A stretch of DNA of 64,000 nt from Eledone cirrhosa. Lineage: Eukaryota. The position numbers and the translations under genes are program-made. The notes beneath the pieces were generated by a model. That model worked only from the letters and a program-made list of their open reading frames with translations. It had not been told where the DNA came from and did not search any database. The stretch is taken from NCBI GenBank assembly GCA_964016885.1, contig OZ024747.1:73284001-73348000 (forward strand). Direction: 5' to 3'. Below, piece by piece: positions 39,750-53,872 of this stretch; position 1 is the first letter of the stretch; each line of letters starts with the position of its first letter.

Positions 39750-39986
39750 CATGGACAATGCAGGATTTAATTTTCATTTATTCTGTAATCTTAAAATACA
39801 TTGCTCTGAAGTAGCGGAGCAGCACCCATATGTGTAAGGATGTTCAGTATGTATGTATATATGTATATATGTATATATGTATGTATGCAGGTATAGACAC
39901 ATATATTTTCTCTCATACACACTTTCATTTATATATATATATAAATGAAAGTGTTTATGCGAGAAAATATATAAAATACATATAGT

Positions 39987-40072
<86 letters not shown>

Positions 40073-40339
40073 TATATATATATATGTGTGCGATTTCACT
40101 AAGCTACATACACTCCGTGTCTCTTCTTTTAATCTCGCTCATTCTTTATCCTCTTTACTCTCTTCTCAATACAATTTCTTCCCTTCTTTGTTGATTTAAT
40201 CATGTTTGCTATTGTTGCATTTTCTTGCATACATTTTATGTTTCCTTCTTTTTCTCCACCCACATGTGCGTGTGCTTTGAATCTCCATCTCTTTCGATGA
40301 TGTCTAAGCCAGCTGCTTCACCAACAGAACAAACAGCTC

Positions 40340-40597
40340 ATGAACTTAATGTGCCAAGCTGGTGACTATTCCACAGACACGTGTACCTTTAACGTAATTC
40401 TCCGAGAGTTCCAGAGTGACGCCGTATATGACATGACTGATCTTTTAAATCACATTGTACAGATAATCTTTCCCTCTAAATGAAATGGAGCAACGGGAAA
40501 TAAAATGTCTTGCTAAAGGAGACAACCCATCGCAGGTAATCAAGCTTAAGAAATTACGATTGTGAAGTGAAGATCCAAATCACCGAGCCACGCACCT
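40340..40597 (-). mobile_element. Decayed SINE, family B (reverse copy)
   Basis: GGAGCAACGGGAAATAAAATGTCTTGCTAAAGGAGACAAC is the reverse complement of the family B core at 45204 and 63511. Its 3' part is also related to ~50530-50597. Confidence 0.55.
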
Positions 40598-40794
40598 TTA
40601 CTCTGTTTTTACTCTGGTACACGGATCTGCTTTCTCTCTATCTCCTTCATTGTTTCCTATTTCACTTCTCTTTTCTACTTTCTCTGAAGCATTCATGTCT
40701 GTCCATTACTCCAGCTCACTCTATCCTATCTATGTACGTAAATTTGTCAGAATTTCTCTGAACATACATAACATCTAAATGAAAGGTTTATTTG

Positions 40795-40875
40795 GATATT
40801 AATGCATACACGATTTCACAGCGCTAGCATCATTCCTTCAGAATCAGCCTATGAACTTTTGAGACCACCCTCGTA
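40795..40875 (-). mobile_element. Partial mariner-derived MITE (one end)
   Basis: Minus strand TACGAGGGTGGTCTCAAAAGTTCATAGG...TGATGCTAGCGCTGTGAAATCGTGTATGCATTAAT aligns with 42090-42170. Confidence 0.7.
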
Positions 40876-41395
40876 TGATAGCTTTTTTAGTCAATAATTT
40901 ATAGATTGTCTATAAAACATCTAGTTTGAGAATTGAGAAACCATGAGTGGTATTTATGACAACACAATTCTGGATATTTTTAAAGGCCTATCAACATCGT
41001 AACATAGATAGATTGTCAGAGGTATATAAATATAGTTTCTTTTGGGCTTTTTGGATCAGTTTCAGCACATGGGAAGGCATCTGGAAAATTCAACAGAGAA
41101 GTCACGTGGATCTAAACTTTGACAATCAGTAATTTAGTCTAGCCTTTTCTTTGTGTCACTTTCATAATATTATTTCCTTTTCATTTTTGATCAGTCTCCC
41201 GCAGAATGGTAAATGGTTTCTCATATTAACATTCGTCGCGGTGCCAGGAGCTTTGATTAATCTATGTGAGACTTTCAAAAGCTTTCACATCAGGAGATTG
41301 ATATATTAAGATCTATTTGCTGTTGATTGTTTTTTTTTATCAGAAGGGGACACGCAATTTTCTGAATGAATCTTTCTCCTTCTCTCTCCACACAT

Positions 41396-41477
<82 letters not shown>

Positions 41478-41544
41478 GCTTACTTTCATACATACAAACA
41501 TACATACGTACACACATATATATATATATATAATACATATATAC

Positions 41545-41581
<37 letters not shown>

Positions 41582-42089
41582 AATAAACACATACATACAG
41601 AGAGACAGAGACATATATGCATACAGACATAAATACTTGCATACATACATTTACACATACATACATAGCCACACATACACAAATGTATATGTCAGTGTGT
41701 ATGTGTAGAAAGTAAGTAAAAAGGTGTTTTGAAGTTTTCACCAAGTCTCATGTGACTTACAGCAGACGGTGAGAAATAAAAAATCGCAAATGAAAGCAAT
41801 AATAGGTAAAACTTAAATGAATGTAAGAATTAAAAGTAATTGTTGCTAATTCCACCAATTAAATGCTACAGACGCCTAAAATATAGAGTTATTAAACACT
41901 GTCAATGAATGATGAACGTTGAGCATTTTAAACACGCAACACAGTTTTATATAGTCTTTTTTATTGGTGATTTTCATTAGGGTTTAACTAATCTGTATAT
42001 TAACTTAGCACATATACACTGCAATTAGTTTCAATTTTCTTAAACTGATATATGTTTCTATAGAATTAGCCGTCAGTTTTTGAGGTATT

Positions 42090-42291
42090 TACGATGGTTG
42101 GCAGAAAAGTTCATATTCTGTGTATGAAAGAGTGATGCTAGTGGTGTGAAATCTTGCATGCATTAATTTCAACTTTTCATATTAATAACTACATTGTTTC
42201 TTTCCAGGGACTACGTTGAATAATGAACCACTTTTAGTGATTCAATGAGAGTATCTTGGTGAGCCTATGAATTCTTCAGCTAACCCTCATA
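42090..42291 (+). mobile_element. ~200-bp mariner-type MITE
   Basis: TIRs TACGATGGTTGGCAGAAAAGTTCATA / TATGAATTCTTCAGCTAACCCTCATA with TA ends. Confidence 0.8.
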
Positions 42292-43409
42292 AGAAAGCAC
42301 ATTAGAATATCCCTTATAGTTGCCTTCATAAGGAAAACTAAAACTCAGATTAAATCTCTAGTATTCAACATTTAATAGACAATAAGGATTAAAACAAAAC
42401 CTAAATTCTGGGACATTTCCTTAGAGATATCCAAAGCGGATTAAATTGTGGTTGAATAATAAAGAAATGGGCAAAAGTGACTGACAGTAAATACTCAGTT
42501 GGTAAATTATAAAAGTGATCTACTCGAGTAATTGCTGAAGTGTGGATTAATTAATGTTTATCCCGGTGAAATGTCGATCAAAGTTTAGAATTCATGAAGA
42601 TCAAACGGTGATTAGATAGTGATTAAGAGAGATTAGAGTTTTAACTGTCATCAAATATTGAATGAAGACAGGCAAAATGGATGATTAAACATTTATGGTA
42701 TGCAAATACATTATCAAACGATAAAACTGCATGGTCAAAGAGTGATAAAATTATATGCAAACAAACAATCCCGCATGTAACTAGATTGAAGAGGAAACGA
42801 AAAAAAGTAACAACAAAAAAAAAAACGAAAAACAAAAAAAAAAAACAAAAAAAAACAACAACAATATATATTTAAAAAAAAAACGAAATTGAAACGAAAA
42901 ATGCTCGAAAAACGTTGAATGGAAACGCTGGTAACAGCAAAGAATAAAGTAAACAAGCTATGTTGAATCGTTTTGTTTATTTCTTTTTCGGTTTTGTTTT
43001 TTTGAAACACCGATATTCTGAAGTATGGTATCTTTTTATAGTTTCAAGTCAATAGAAATTGTTATTGGCAAAGAAATCTCACAATTTCGATCGATTCCTG
43101 AGAAAAAAAAAATGTATAGAATATTCATTGAAACACTCCCAGAACACGGCAGATGCCATTAATCCTGCTTTATATGTTGTATTCTATCACTTGTAGAATT
43201 CTTTCACTAATCCTTTTCCATGCTTTGGATCCACTAAAAAAGGAGAAAAAAGAAAGTATTTTACTGACTCAGCCAATATAATAGCAGCTTTATAATATAT
43301 ATTTAAACATTTCTTAATATTTTAAATATTGTTCAACTTTTCAATAATCTAAGTAAATGCTCTTCATGAAACTAAGTGAATTCAATGATTATTATTGATC
43401 TAGTAAGTG

Positions 43410-43624
43410 AGGGCAGTTGATTGGCATTATCGATAGGGTGTCGGACAAAATGCTTTTCGGCGTAGAGTTACGTCCATTTTTCTTCTGACTTCAAACGCCA
43501 CCAAGGTTAGCTTTGCTTTTCATCCCTCGGCGTCGATAAAATAAAACCCCAGTAACGCACTGGGGACGGTCTAATCGACTTTCTCTTTAAATTGCTGACC
43601 TTGTGCCTAAATCAGAAACTATTA
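43410..43624 (+). mobile_element. SINE family A, full length
   Basis: Colinear with 11781-11971. Confidence 0.8.
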
Positions 43625-44159
43625 TTAATCTGCTATGTCATCTCTTTTCTCTAAATAAGTCAACTAAATGCTATTCAGGTCTTACATTCACGTCTGGAAA
43701 TTTAAATATGTCACAACTATGGGCATAGGAATTATGAATTGTATGTGTATCAGAGACATAATTGATTATTTTCGGTATAGAATATTATATTATTATATTT
43801 ACTGACCATGTGGTATGTATTAGAGTTAAGAGACATGACGAACTGCTGAAATCACAGTTTTACAGAAATATAAGAAAACAGCACATACTGTTTCAAATAT
43901 TTGTGGTTGAGAGAGACAACATATTTTCCAAATTTACTCTGAAATTAGAAGACGATTCTGACTGCAATAAATATTATAAAGACCTTGTTAACTCATTAAT
44001 ACTGTTTAGACAGACAGAAATACACAGCATACGAATCTTTTCAACGATCCCATTACTAGTGAGAGGAAATTATCTTCAAACTAGATACCTGGAAAAAGTG
44101 TCATTCAGGTAGACCACTGCAGAATTGGAACTCAAAGTGTAAAGAAATCATTACTATAT

Positions 44160-44289
44160 TATATCGATACAGAAACAAATGAAAGCAAAAATTGATCCGG
44201 GGGTGATTTGAACTCAAAGCGCAGAGAACAAGAAATACCACAAAGAGAATTTTCCTCCATACTCTAACAACTTTGCTCATTCACCGCCT
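44160..44289 (-). mobile_element. SINE family A (old)
   Basis: ATGAAAGCAAAAATTGATCCGGGGGTGATTTGAACTCA...TCACCGCC. Confidence 0.6.
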
Positions 44290-45203
44290 GAATTTTCCGG
44301 TTCTACAGCTGAATAATTCATGGAGAAATAAAATAGACATAGGAATATTGTTTCGTGCAGCTTTGATTTAACCAATATGGAAGATCGAGTAATTTTTTAA
44401 AGCATTTCCAGCTGTGGTTCGCCGGAAGAGGGTTTGGAAGTGATCTTGGTGAGAATCTGATATTATATATTTAATAGCTGATATGCACTCGTGTTGTAAC
44501 AGCTCATTCGCCCTAGGTAGTGAGAGATAATGATGCCAAATTAGAAATCAATTTATATGTCTGTGTAATCTAATTGGCAGGACAGTAAATTTGGATAGGA
44601 AAACCGGCCAGTTTGTAGGTGACTTTATTTTCACGTCGTATCCCTTCTGTGCGTTAGTTAAAGGGAAATGAAATTACCGTAAAATAGCTTGGCTCAATCA
44701 ATTATTCAGAATGTAGCTTTAAGCTCATACCTCGATTCTGATTAAGAATTTCTGCAGTAGAACTAGTCTCCGGTGACGAACGATTTCTTCTCGACAGGTG
44801 GCAGGTTTCCACGCCTGAGAAAGTTGGATTTCTCTGGTGTGAATAGCTGCAATAAAAAGTTATTATCCAGAAATTATCATCATAATGGTATTTATTATTG
44901 AGATCAGCTAGAGACAATGGAAATAAATTTACCAGATTTCAAAAGTAAACTTTAAAATGAACGAGAAAATTATTGCAGAAATTCAGATTGGCAGCAGATA
45001 TATTTTTATCTTATAGTAAAACATATGAGGTAATGTTATGTTTGATATACATTTGGTAAAATCAGTGAATGTCTACTATAATATAAGCAAATAGTTAAGT
45101 ATGTGAAGATACTGCTTTTGAAATTATGCTGTCAATTTGTCGGTAATATTGCAGATTCTTAAGTCAATGGAGTTACATTGTATTTATTTACTGCATAAAA
45201 GTG

Positions 45204-45332
45204 AAGGCGTGTGACAAAGTGGTAAGGGTGTTGGACTTACGATCATAATGTTGTGGATTTGATTCCTGGACCAGGTTGTGTGTTGTGCTTTTGAGCAAAA
45301 CACATCATTTCACGTTGCTCCAGTATACTCAT
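45204..45332 (+). mobile_element. tRNA-derived SINE, family B, 5' part
   Basis: tRNA-like head (AGTGGTAAGGGTGTTGGACT...TTGATTCCTGG), then TGTTGTGCTTTTGAGCAAAACAC; second copy at 63511. Confidence 0.75.
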
Positions 45333-46058
45333 CAGGACATGAATAACAAGCAGAATACACGAGAAATTATTGCTCAAAAGTTGGTTGAAATGAGCAACAC
45401 CTATGTGTAAGGTAGCCAATTGCATTCTATTTTGTAAGTTCATACCCTTAGATTTACCAAATCTGTTTAATGTAATATATCATTGCCAAGCTAATATTGC
45501 TCTGTTGGTGATACTAAATATGCACATTTGCTTGTAACGCATGCTTTGATTTTATTTGTTTTCATAATTGATGTTAAATGTATATCAAATAGTTTTACTG
45601 GATGAGCTCACATCATTTATGGATCAGTGACATAATTCAGGTTCAATAATTAACTCTACTATTAAATCAATATAAATAAACAGAAACCAAGTAATAAGAC
45701 GGCTGCAGCCTGATGACTTCCATCGTATGTGTACCGGTAATGAGAGTGTGTTTTGGGTATGGCTCTGAAAGGTGTGATTAGTATTGTAATTTTATGTATG
45801 GTATGGTATTAGTTCAGGTGTACTGACCGTATTCGTTTGTTCGTGAGTCTAGTTTGAGTATAAACATTTTATACCGATTTAAACAGAGCATATAAATGAT
45901 GGTGCCAACCCCGAAATATTATGTTGAAATATACATTTATTTGTTTTGTATTATTTGCCATAGTTTGTCCTTTGCATATTTTTGCAACATTGTACCGGCT
46001 TTCTCAACTCCTTACCAATCAATCAATATATATCTCACAATGATTCGTATTAACAATA

Positions 46059-46134
<76 letters not shown>

Positions 46135-46279
46135 GAAAACAGGGAGAAAGAGACGATTATTAGGAAGAAAAAAAAAATATTTTTTTCCTTTTTTTATATA
46201 TATATATAACCAAGATTGGAATGACTGCCAAGACTGGAATTGAACCATCAGCACAGTTGAGGTATGTCAGACATCAATT

Positions 46280-46345
46280 TATTTTATCTGATGAGGACGT
46301 ACTGAGGAAACAGAACAGTACTTCTGAAATATATATAATAAAATA
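46280..46345 (+). ncRNA. Minimal type I hammerhead ribozyme with canonical core
   Basis: TATTTTAT-CTGATGA-GGACGTACTG(loop 11)CAGTACTTCT-GAAA-TATATA-TA-ATAAAATA: 8-bp stem I, 10-bp stem II with one mismatch, palindromic stem III/loop, AUA site. Lies in a ~180-bp island between (TA)n tracts. Confidence 0.8.
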
Positions 46346-47274
46346 TATTTGATCACATGAATGTCTATATTTATTAATATTTTGAATTAATATATATATA
46401 TATATGTGTGTGGGTGTGTGTGTGAGTGTGTGTGTGTGTATGCGTGTGTGTATGTGTGTGTGTCTGTGTTCGTGTATGTGTGTGTTCTTTCATCTGTATG
46501 TGCGCATGTTTATGGCAGTGTATTTCAGTGTATGGCAATAGTAGCATAAATATATCATTCGCCTTCATTCACATATATTTATCCTGATATCCACTGAAGC
46601 AGTTTCTATTTATCTATACCTATTTGTACACAAGACGATTTAACATATGTTTCTTCGTTTGGTTTTTCTAGATGTGTATCAAACTATCGAACAAATGAAA
46701 ATGAACAATTATTATTCTCTAGTATGTCTTTCTCTAGAAATATATGTTTAATCACTCACATAACAAAGCCGCATCCTTAAAACCACACATTGAATAATGT
46801 TGGCTCGGGGATACCTGAGATATTGTTGCAGGAGAAAAAAAAGACAAGATCGTCATGGCTGGAAGGCTTTTGATCATACATCTGTTCCATCATAACCAAT
46901 TGGGAGCAATAGAACAAGAACGACGCCTATGAACAAATAATAACATGTATTACTATTGTTATTAAAGTAATTATAATCGTTATTATTATAGAAGAAATTA
47001 GTGTGGGAGTTAACCATTGCTATTGCTACAGTTCAAAAATAATCAAACATGTTTATTTAGACATTAAAGGATATTCCCTGGGTATTGATGCGTTAAATCG
47101 ATATTTGATTGGAAAAAGCAAGACTGACGAAAGCCGAAAAATTCTCTTCTGGTTTCCATAGCAACAGCCATTAGAGTGATGATTGCAGACAATTGTACTT
47201 CTGTCAATACGACACACTCATACAGCCATGCCCCCTCTCTCTCTCAATTTCTCTTTCTTTCACTCCCTCTCTCT

Positions 47275-47317
<43 letters not shown>

Positions 47318-47454
47318 TCTCTCTCTCACTCTCTCTCTATCTATTTATCTCCTCTCTCTCTCTATATATATATCAATCTATCTTTCTATCTTTTACTCAA
47401 ACATATATCTATATACAAAACTCACGCACACGCACATGTACATAAATACATATA

Positions 47455-47704
47455 TACACACACACAGGTAGATACTCACAGGTACACACTCACAGGTACA
47501 CACTCACAGGTACACACTCACATGTACACACACACACACAGATTCACACACAGGTACACACTCACATGTACACACACATGCACACAGACATGTACACACT
47601 CACATGTATAAAAAGGCATGTACACACACTCACATGTACACATACACACACACATGTACACATACACACATGTAGAAACATGTAGAAACATGTACACACT
47701 CACA
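47455..47704. repeat. CA-rich minisatellite (TACACACTCACA(G/T)G, ~14-bp unit)
   Basis: Directly visible degenerate tandem units. Confidence 0.8.
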
Positions 47705-47989
47705 AATATATAATTATCTGTGATTTTCTGTATGTCAGTAAAATAAATCAAAGGTTTTATATCGTATGCTTTATCAGTTGTGCTCATCAGATCGATAATC
47801 AATAAGTCGTACCTGTGATACTGTTTAGTTTTATAGCTATTTATTAAATAAAGGCGGATATGTGTATAGCAATGTGGAAATGGGGAATGTATGTGTGGGA
47901 AGTAATCACACTCTGATGCACACACAGTCACACACACACACATACACACACAAACATACATACACATATATATATATATACATACACAC

Positions 47990-48039
<50 letters not shown>

Positions 48040-50444
48040 GATAGTTTTATTAATTTGCGTAATAATATGCTGATCACACGGAATATGAACTGACATATGG
48101 ATTCATATAGAGTATTTAGAATCAGTGTAATAATTGTTATCAAATGTCTTTTTGTACTTTGAGTTTAATATTTACCTGTAACATTCTGAATATACGAGTA
48201 TGGATCGATGGTTTGAATATCTCAGTTTCCGAAAAAGAGAAAAAGGAAAAATTGAGATTGCTTAAACTTTTAATCTATGATCTAATAATAAATCTTCAGT
48301 CTACCGTTGCACACACACACACCTACATATACATGTGTATATATATATGTGTGCGTGTGTGTGTGTGTGTGTATCTTTGGGTATGTCTGATTATGTGTGT
48401 TTGTGTGTATATGTGTATCTGTGCATGATTGTGTCTCTGTGTTTGTATTTGTGAGATGTATGTTTGTGAGGTTTGTGAATATGTATATGTGTGTGCATAT
48501 CTGTGTTTGTGTGCATGTGTGTCTGTGTGTTTGGTATGTTTGTATGTGTGCGCTTGTGGATTTAGATATTGCGATACAACGTCTTTTACAAATAAATATA
48601 GCCCAAACAACATTACTTCAGTATTTATATCTTTGTTTCCATCTAGTAATTTCCTTATTAATAACCCTGCTTGAGCAAACGTAGAAGCAGTATGTCTAGC
48701 CATTATTTGCCATCACTCATATATCGAGCTGTCAAAAGGTGGGAATGTTTTACAAGATTCTCGTCTAAATATAGATTTATGCTCACTACACCGAAGATAT
48801 AATTCAATAAGACTACCAAAGTTGTAATTCCATTCCCGTTATTGGCAAAACTAGTTGAATCAGGGTCAAGAATATCGTGTCATGTTAACCTTATATATTA
48901 TATCTGCAAGCGTTAAAATGTTATGAGTTCTACAAAGTAGACACACATATGTATACAGAGAAACGTCCTCCTCCCCTCACGTTGAAAAAGGAATATGCAC
49001 ATCTACTTACATTTATCCATGGATTCTGACGATAACCATATTATCGCTCGTTTCTGGAGTTTTTGAAAATTGTCCAGGGTTGGTCATAGATTGACCCTGT
49101 GAATATTTGTTGGAGAGGTATTCCTCAATGTTTTTCTTTTTTGGTAGTTTTTAAAGGATTTAAGCCTTAATATCTTCAATCTCACTCTAATGTTGAAAGA
49201 TAGTTTTTCAGTTTTGCAGGGTTGGTATTGATCCTATTTAAAGTAGTTTCAAATGGGGTTTCGACCGACTCATTGTTCCTTCAATATGGTGTAGCTTGTC
49301 ATAGAGTATCTTACTGAAGAGACGTGGCTTTTACATCCACATTATCTCTTCAAACTACCCCTGTAGAATCAATGCTGCCGTTCTTTCGATAGCAGCGTGT
49401 TGTATAAAGAACATATAATATATTTATATATATGGTTATAATAACTTGGTGACGATTGTTCATAACATATAGATATGAGTTCTGCGATATTTGGAAAATC
49501 GTAGAAGCGCACTAGGAAAAATTAGTGTAAGAAACTAATTAGGGTAGAAGACTTTTGTTAGATCGGGATGCTCTTTCTACAAGAAAACTGTGAGCTGAAT
49601 TGAAGTACGGCAGAAGCCACTTTATTTCTATGTGTTTCTACATTAGCAGAGAGAGATCGATATTATCTAATAAAATGCAATATGTATCAGTTTCACTGGG
49701 TGTAATATATATAACCAAAATAAGAGAGAGAAAGAAGTAACAACATATGTTTCTTCAAAACAGAAATGCAACATATTGAACTTATTTGAAATTAGATTTA
49801 AAACAAAACTGAATATTTTACTAAAGTGCAGCTATAAATTCATATAAGAAACTTTCATAATTTTATTTTCAGCGCCATTTGTAATCTAGTGATAAATTAT
49901 GTATATATTAAAACGGTAATAATAAATAGCACAAACTGAACTTACCGTCATCGAATTTCTATTTTTATTGGTGCAAATATGTAAACACGGAAATGCAATT
50001 TGCTATAGAACTCTCAAGTATAACCGTTCTCTAATGGAACCACTTTAATATTTACTTTGTTGAAAAAGAAAAAAAAATCCAAAATATTTGTTAATGCTTC
50101 AATTTCGAAGAGAGGGAAATGTGGGGAAAAATATCTTCTTACCAATATTTCCTTCGCGAGATAATATTTAATAAAATTCTATAATTAATTGAAGGGCAAA
50201 ATTTTCATTTAATGATTTTGTTCTGCATGACATTTCAATTGACATTAATAGCATTCTCATTTGGAATTTGACATTGTGTGGCTTATTTAATTGTGAAATG
50301 AATAGTAGAAATGGTTATTCATAGTATTGTACACTAGGTTGAAGATCATAGCGTGACAAAAATGGAACTCAGTATCGAATCTTTGTTAAAACTATTTTAC
50401 TGCTGTCTATGGATACGATACACAGACGCAGCTACAACCCCGCC

Positions 50445-50516
<72 letters not shown>

Positions 50517-51439
50517 CTTGTAACATTGGTGCAATTCTCAGGAAGATTCAGCGGGACATAATATTTGACAAGGCTGGCCCTTGGAATTATAGGTACATTC
50601 CATTCGAAAGGCTTTGATACAATTTCCGTCCATCAACTTTCGTAAACAAAGTGTGGCCGAACCGTGGCTATGGTAAATGACTCTTGACCAAGATACCACG
50701 TAATCAATCCTAATGAGTGAAAACGAAATTTTTGATCATTCTAATAGCTCAATAAATAATTACTATCATTGTAAACATTTTTTTATATCTGTGTGCATAT
50801 AATCTAATAGATTTCTCTCTGTTTGTATAAGTAACAAGAAACTTGGATGCTTACAGTTTGTACAATAGAGATAATAGTGATAGCAGAGATTTCAACTACA
50901 CAGCATTTGACACCAGCGTGACAGAGTATTTACAGTTTATATGACATGCTCATCAATGATTAGCTATACTTCTACCACCTCTATACTCCTCAATTAGACG
51001 TACTATAAATCCAAACAAACACCAACGCCAAATCAAGTAGATTCCGTATTCCATGATATGTTTAATTGCCTTCTCTTACATATTTGAAGCAATAGATAAA
51101 GAGCTATGTGGTGTAAAGTGCCAATCAACAATGAGTGTTGAAACGATCTAAACGACTAAGTCACAGAACCATACAAACACAAATACAACGCAGTAAATAT
51201 ACTAAATACTAAACCTATTCAAAATGCAGCAAAGTCTCAGCCTTTCGGCCGGAACACGTCAACAAATAATAGAATATAAAATGGATTATGTGAAAGAAGA
51301 CGAACACATGAAAAACCCCAGAAAACGGATCACAAATGACATTATAATTCAAATTCCTCTGGGATTTTCGAACCTGATCCCAATGGTTATGTCTGTTAGA
51401 AACATTAAAAACACAAGCCAACAACACATTACACGAGAT

Positions 51440-51590
51440 AAGCCTATTAGTGTCTATAAACGTTGACGATAGATTTGGAAAAGGGGTATCTGCATACATA
51501 TGTAGGACGAAAATCAAAGTTAATCTCGGCAAGATTTGATCTCCGAATGTAAAGAACCGTAAGAAATACCGCAATGATTTTTGCCAATCA
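51440..51590 (-). mobile_element. SINE family A (old)
   Basis: CAAAGTTAATCTCGGCAAGATTTGATCTCCGAATGTAAAG...AAATACCGCAA. Confidence 0.6.
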
Positions 51591-53711
51591 AACGTGCTAA
51601 CATTGAAGGCCCCGAAAAGACTTATTACAAACGGAGTTTAGATACATGAAATGGAATGATGTTATTGAAAACAAATTTGTTTATACTGTACCATGTAGCG
51701 TTGCTGGCGTTTCGTTTTTCTGAGACATTCCCTAAAATATTTGGCAACACACATTTTAGTCGATAACTACAGACAACGTGACATGACTATCACGTTCACA
51801 CTTGGTATACTAAACGTGTACACTACTGTCAATATTAAAATTTACTTCTGAATATTACTTTAATAACCATTGCGTTCAGCATTTACCAAGTACTTTTAAG
51901 TTAACTTTTGCTGTCGTTTCTAAATTTCAAAAACCTATATTTATATTTTTGTTTAATTTATCAAATTAAAATTGTTTTGAAATGATTCAATTTTTCCAGA
52001 CTACGATTTTATAGAAACAAAATTATAACACATCAAATCCGTTAAAAATTATTTTCTTTAAAAAATTATTTATATTAACGTTCCGCAACAGATGTAAAAC
52101 ATTTCATATAAATTTATTTATATTTTGTCATCAAATTATGTTTAACAATTTTATTGCAATCACAGGAATCTCTGTGTCATTTGCTTATACAATATAAATA
52201 TCATTATTGCATTGTTAGTCCTATGTAACATAGGCATGCGTCATTCTACTTTGACCAAACATACATACATTCAAACGAGAGTTAATAATAATTATTTCTG
52301 AAAAGATTAACAATGATGTCTAATATACAATTCCACACATATATACGGTATGGTACAGTCTATTTAACAAACATATTCACTCTAGTACTTACTTTATCAG
52401 TGCCGAAAGTGTGAAACAATAGAGAAAGTTAATCTATGGTAGACTTGATAAAGAATTCCTATGGTGTAACTATATACCCTAAAGTATTTTGTCTGGTACT
52501 ACAATATTGCTTTCTAATTTACAAACAGTTTGATTGATACAGAAAGGTTCTTAAGGCAAATGAATTCTAGAGATAATTTTACAAGCACTACGTCAGTGAA
52601 GTTTGGAAATTATGTAAGACGAAGCTTCGTAAAGAAAATCATCTATTGAAGCTGGTACTTCCATTTATCTTATATCATCCTAAATTGGAGTTTATTATTC
52701 TTCAACGTAAAAGTAACAGACATAAGATAAAATAAAGACTAAAGGTAACGTCCCTTTGGAATATTCCGAAGATATTTCTGTAATGCTGCAGCGTACAGTC
52801 TGTCATATTATTATAGGCAGTAACATAACTGGTTGGTAATTTTGCATTGTTTTTTGTTTTTTAAATAAATTCATCATAATGTGATCAAATTGATACAATT
52901 CGGGCATTTTGTGAGAGCAAATAAAAATAACCTCCATGTAATCAACCATGACAGGTTTTGAAATCTCGCAACCCTCAGTACTATATATTTCGATCGACCA
53001 TTAAGATGTTTGTATTACACTGATTTTGGTAAATTTGCAATTATCCTGTTGGATAGAATGTTGGAGAGCAGGTAAACATTTGGTTTGGTGATAGTTCCAT
53101 GAATGGAACATTGCTGCCTTCTAATTCTAAGGTCCAGAAGTATTCAACAGGGTGTGGAAGACAATTGTTGCCTTCCAGTGCAGTATATCAAATGAGAGCT
53201 ACCCAGATGTTTTCTATTGTTAGTGTGTATACCTCTCAGTCGCTTAACTCTACGGATACCAGGATAAGCACTGTTCTGATGAGCTTCCAGGTTCGAGACA
53301 AACATCTTATGTATTCCACTAAACGGCTATTGGCATTGTTATAATTAGCTTCTTTTAAAAACATAGTTCCCAAAATCATGTTTAATGTTTCTTTAGTGTT
53401 TTATCAACATTTATGTTGCTGTCACATGTTCTATGAAATTTTTACGAGTTGTTTTGAAAGCTGTGATTTTCAAAGAAGCGTTTTTATTTAATGTCATACT
53501 ATTTAAATCTATTATTAAATGTTTATTATTTAAAGTATTCGATTAACGTTTATTATTTTAAGTATTCGAGTGTTTGTTTATTATTCATATAGTTTTCCAT
53601 AATCATTTTGTATACAGTTTTCTTAATTATTCTATAAGGGCTTTGAAGGCCCAATCCAGGTCAATCACGAGTGAAGAGGTCTTTCCTTTTCTAAAAGGTT
53701 TATAAACTGTG

Positions 53712-53872
53712 ATAGGTTGCAAATTGGCAGATTCCTTGGAAAGTCAGATAGAATGCTTTGCGGTATTCGTTTCGACTCGCTACTTTCTGAGTTCAAATCT
53801 CGCCGAGGTCAACTTTTTCTTTCATCCTTTTGAGATCGATAAAATAAGTATCAGTCTGGTACTGAATCGACT
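53712..53872 (+). mobile_element. SINE family A
   Basis: CTGAGTTCAAATCTCGCCGAGGTCAACTTT...TTTCATCC...TCGATAAAATAAGTA. Confidence 0.8.

Noticed and set aside
45300-45340. CTGATGA...GAAA on the minus strand; similar isolated CTGATGA at ~6726, 34662, 34854, 45710, 53276
   Set aside because: No supporting stems I/II; the 45.3-kb case is inside a SINE.
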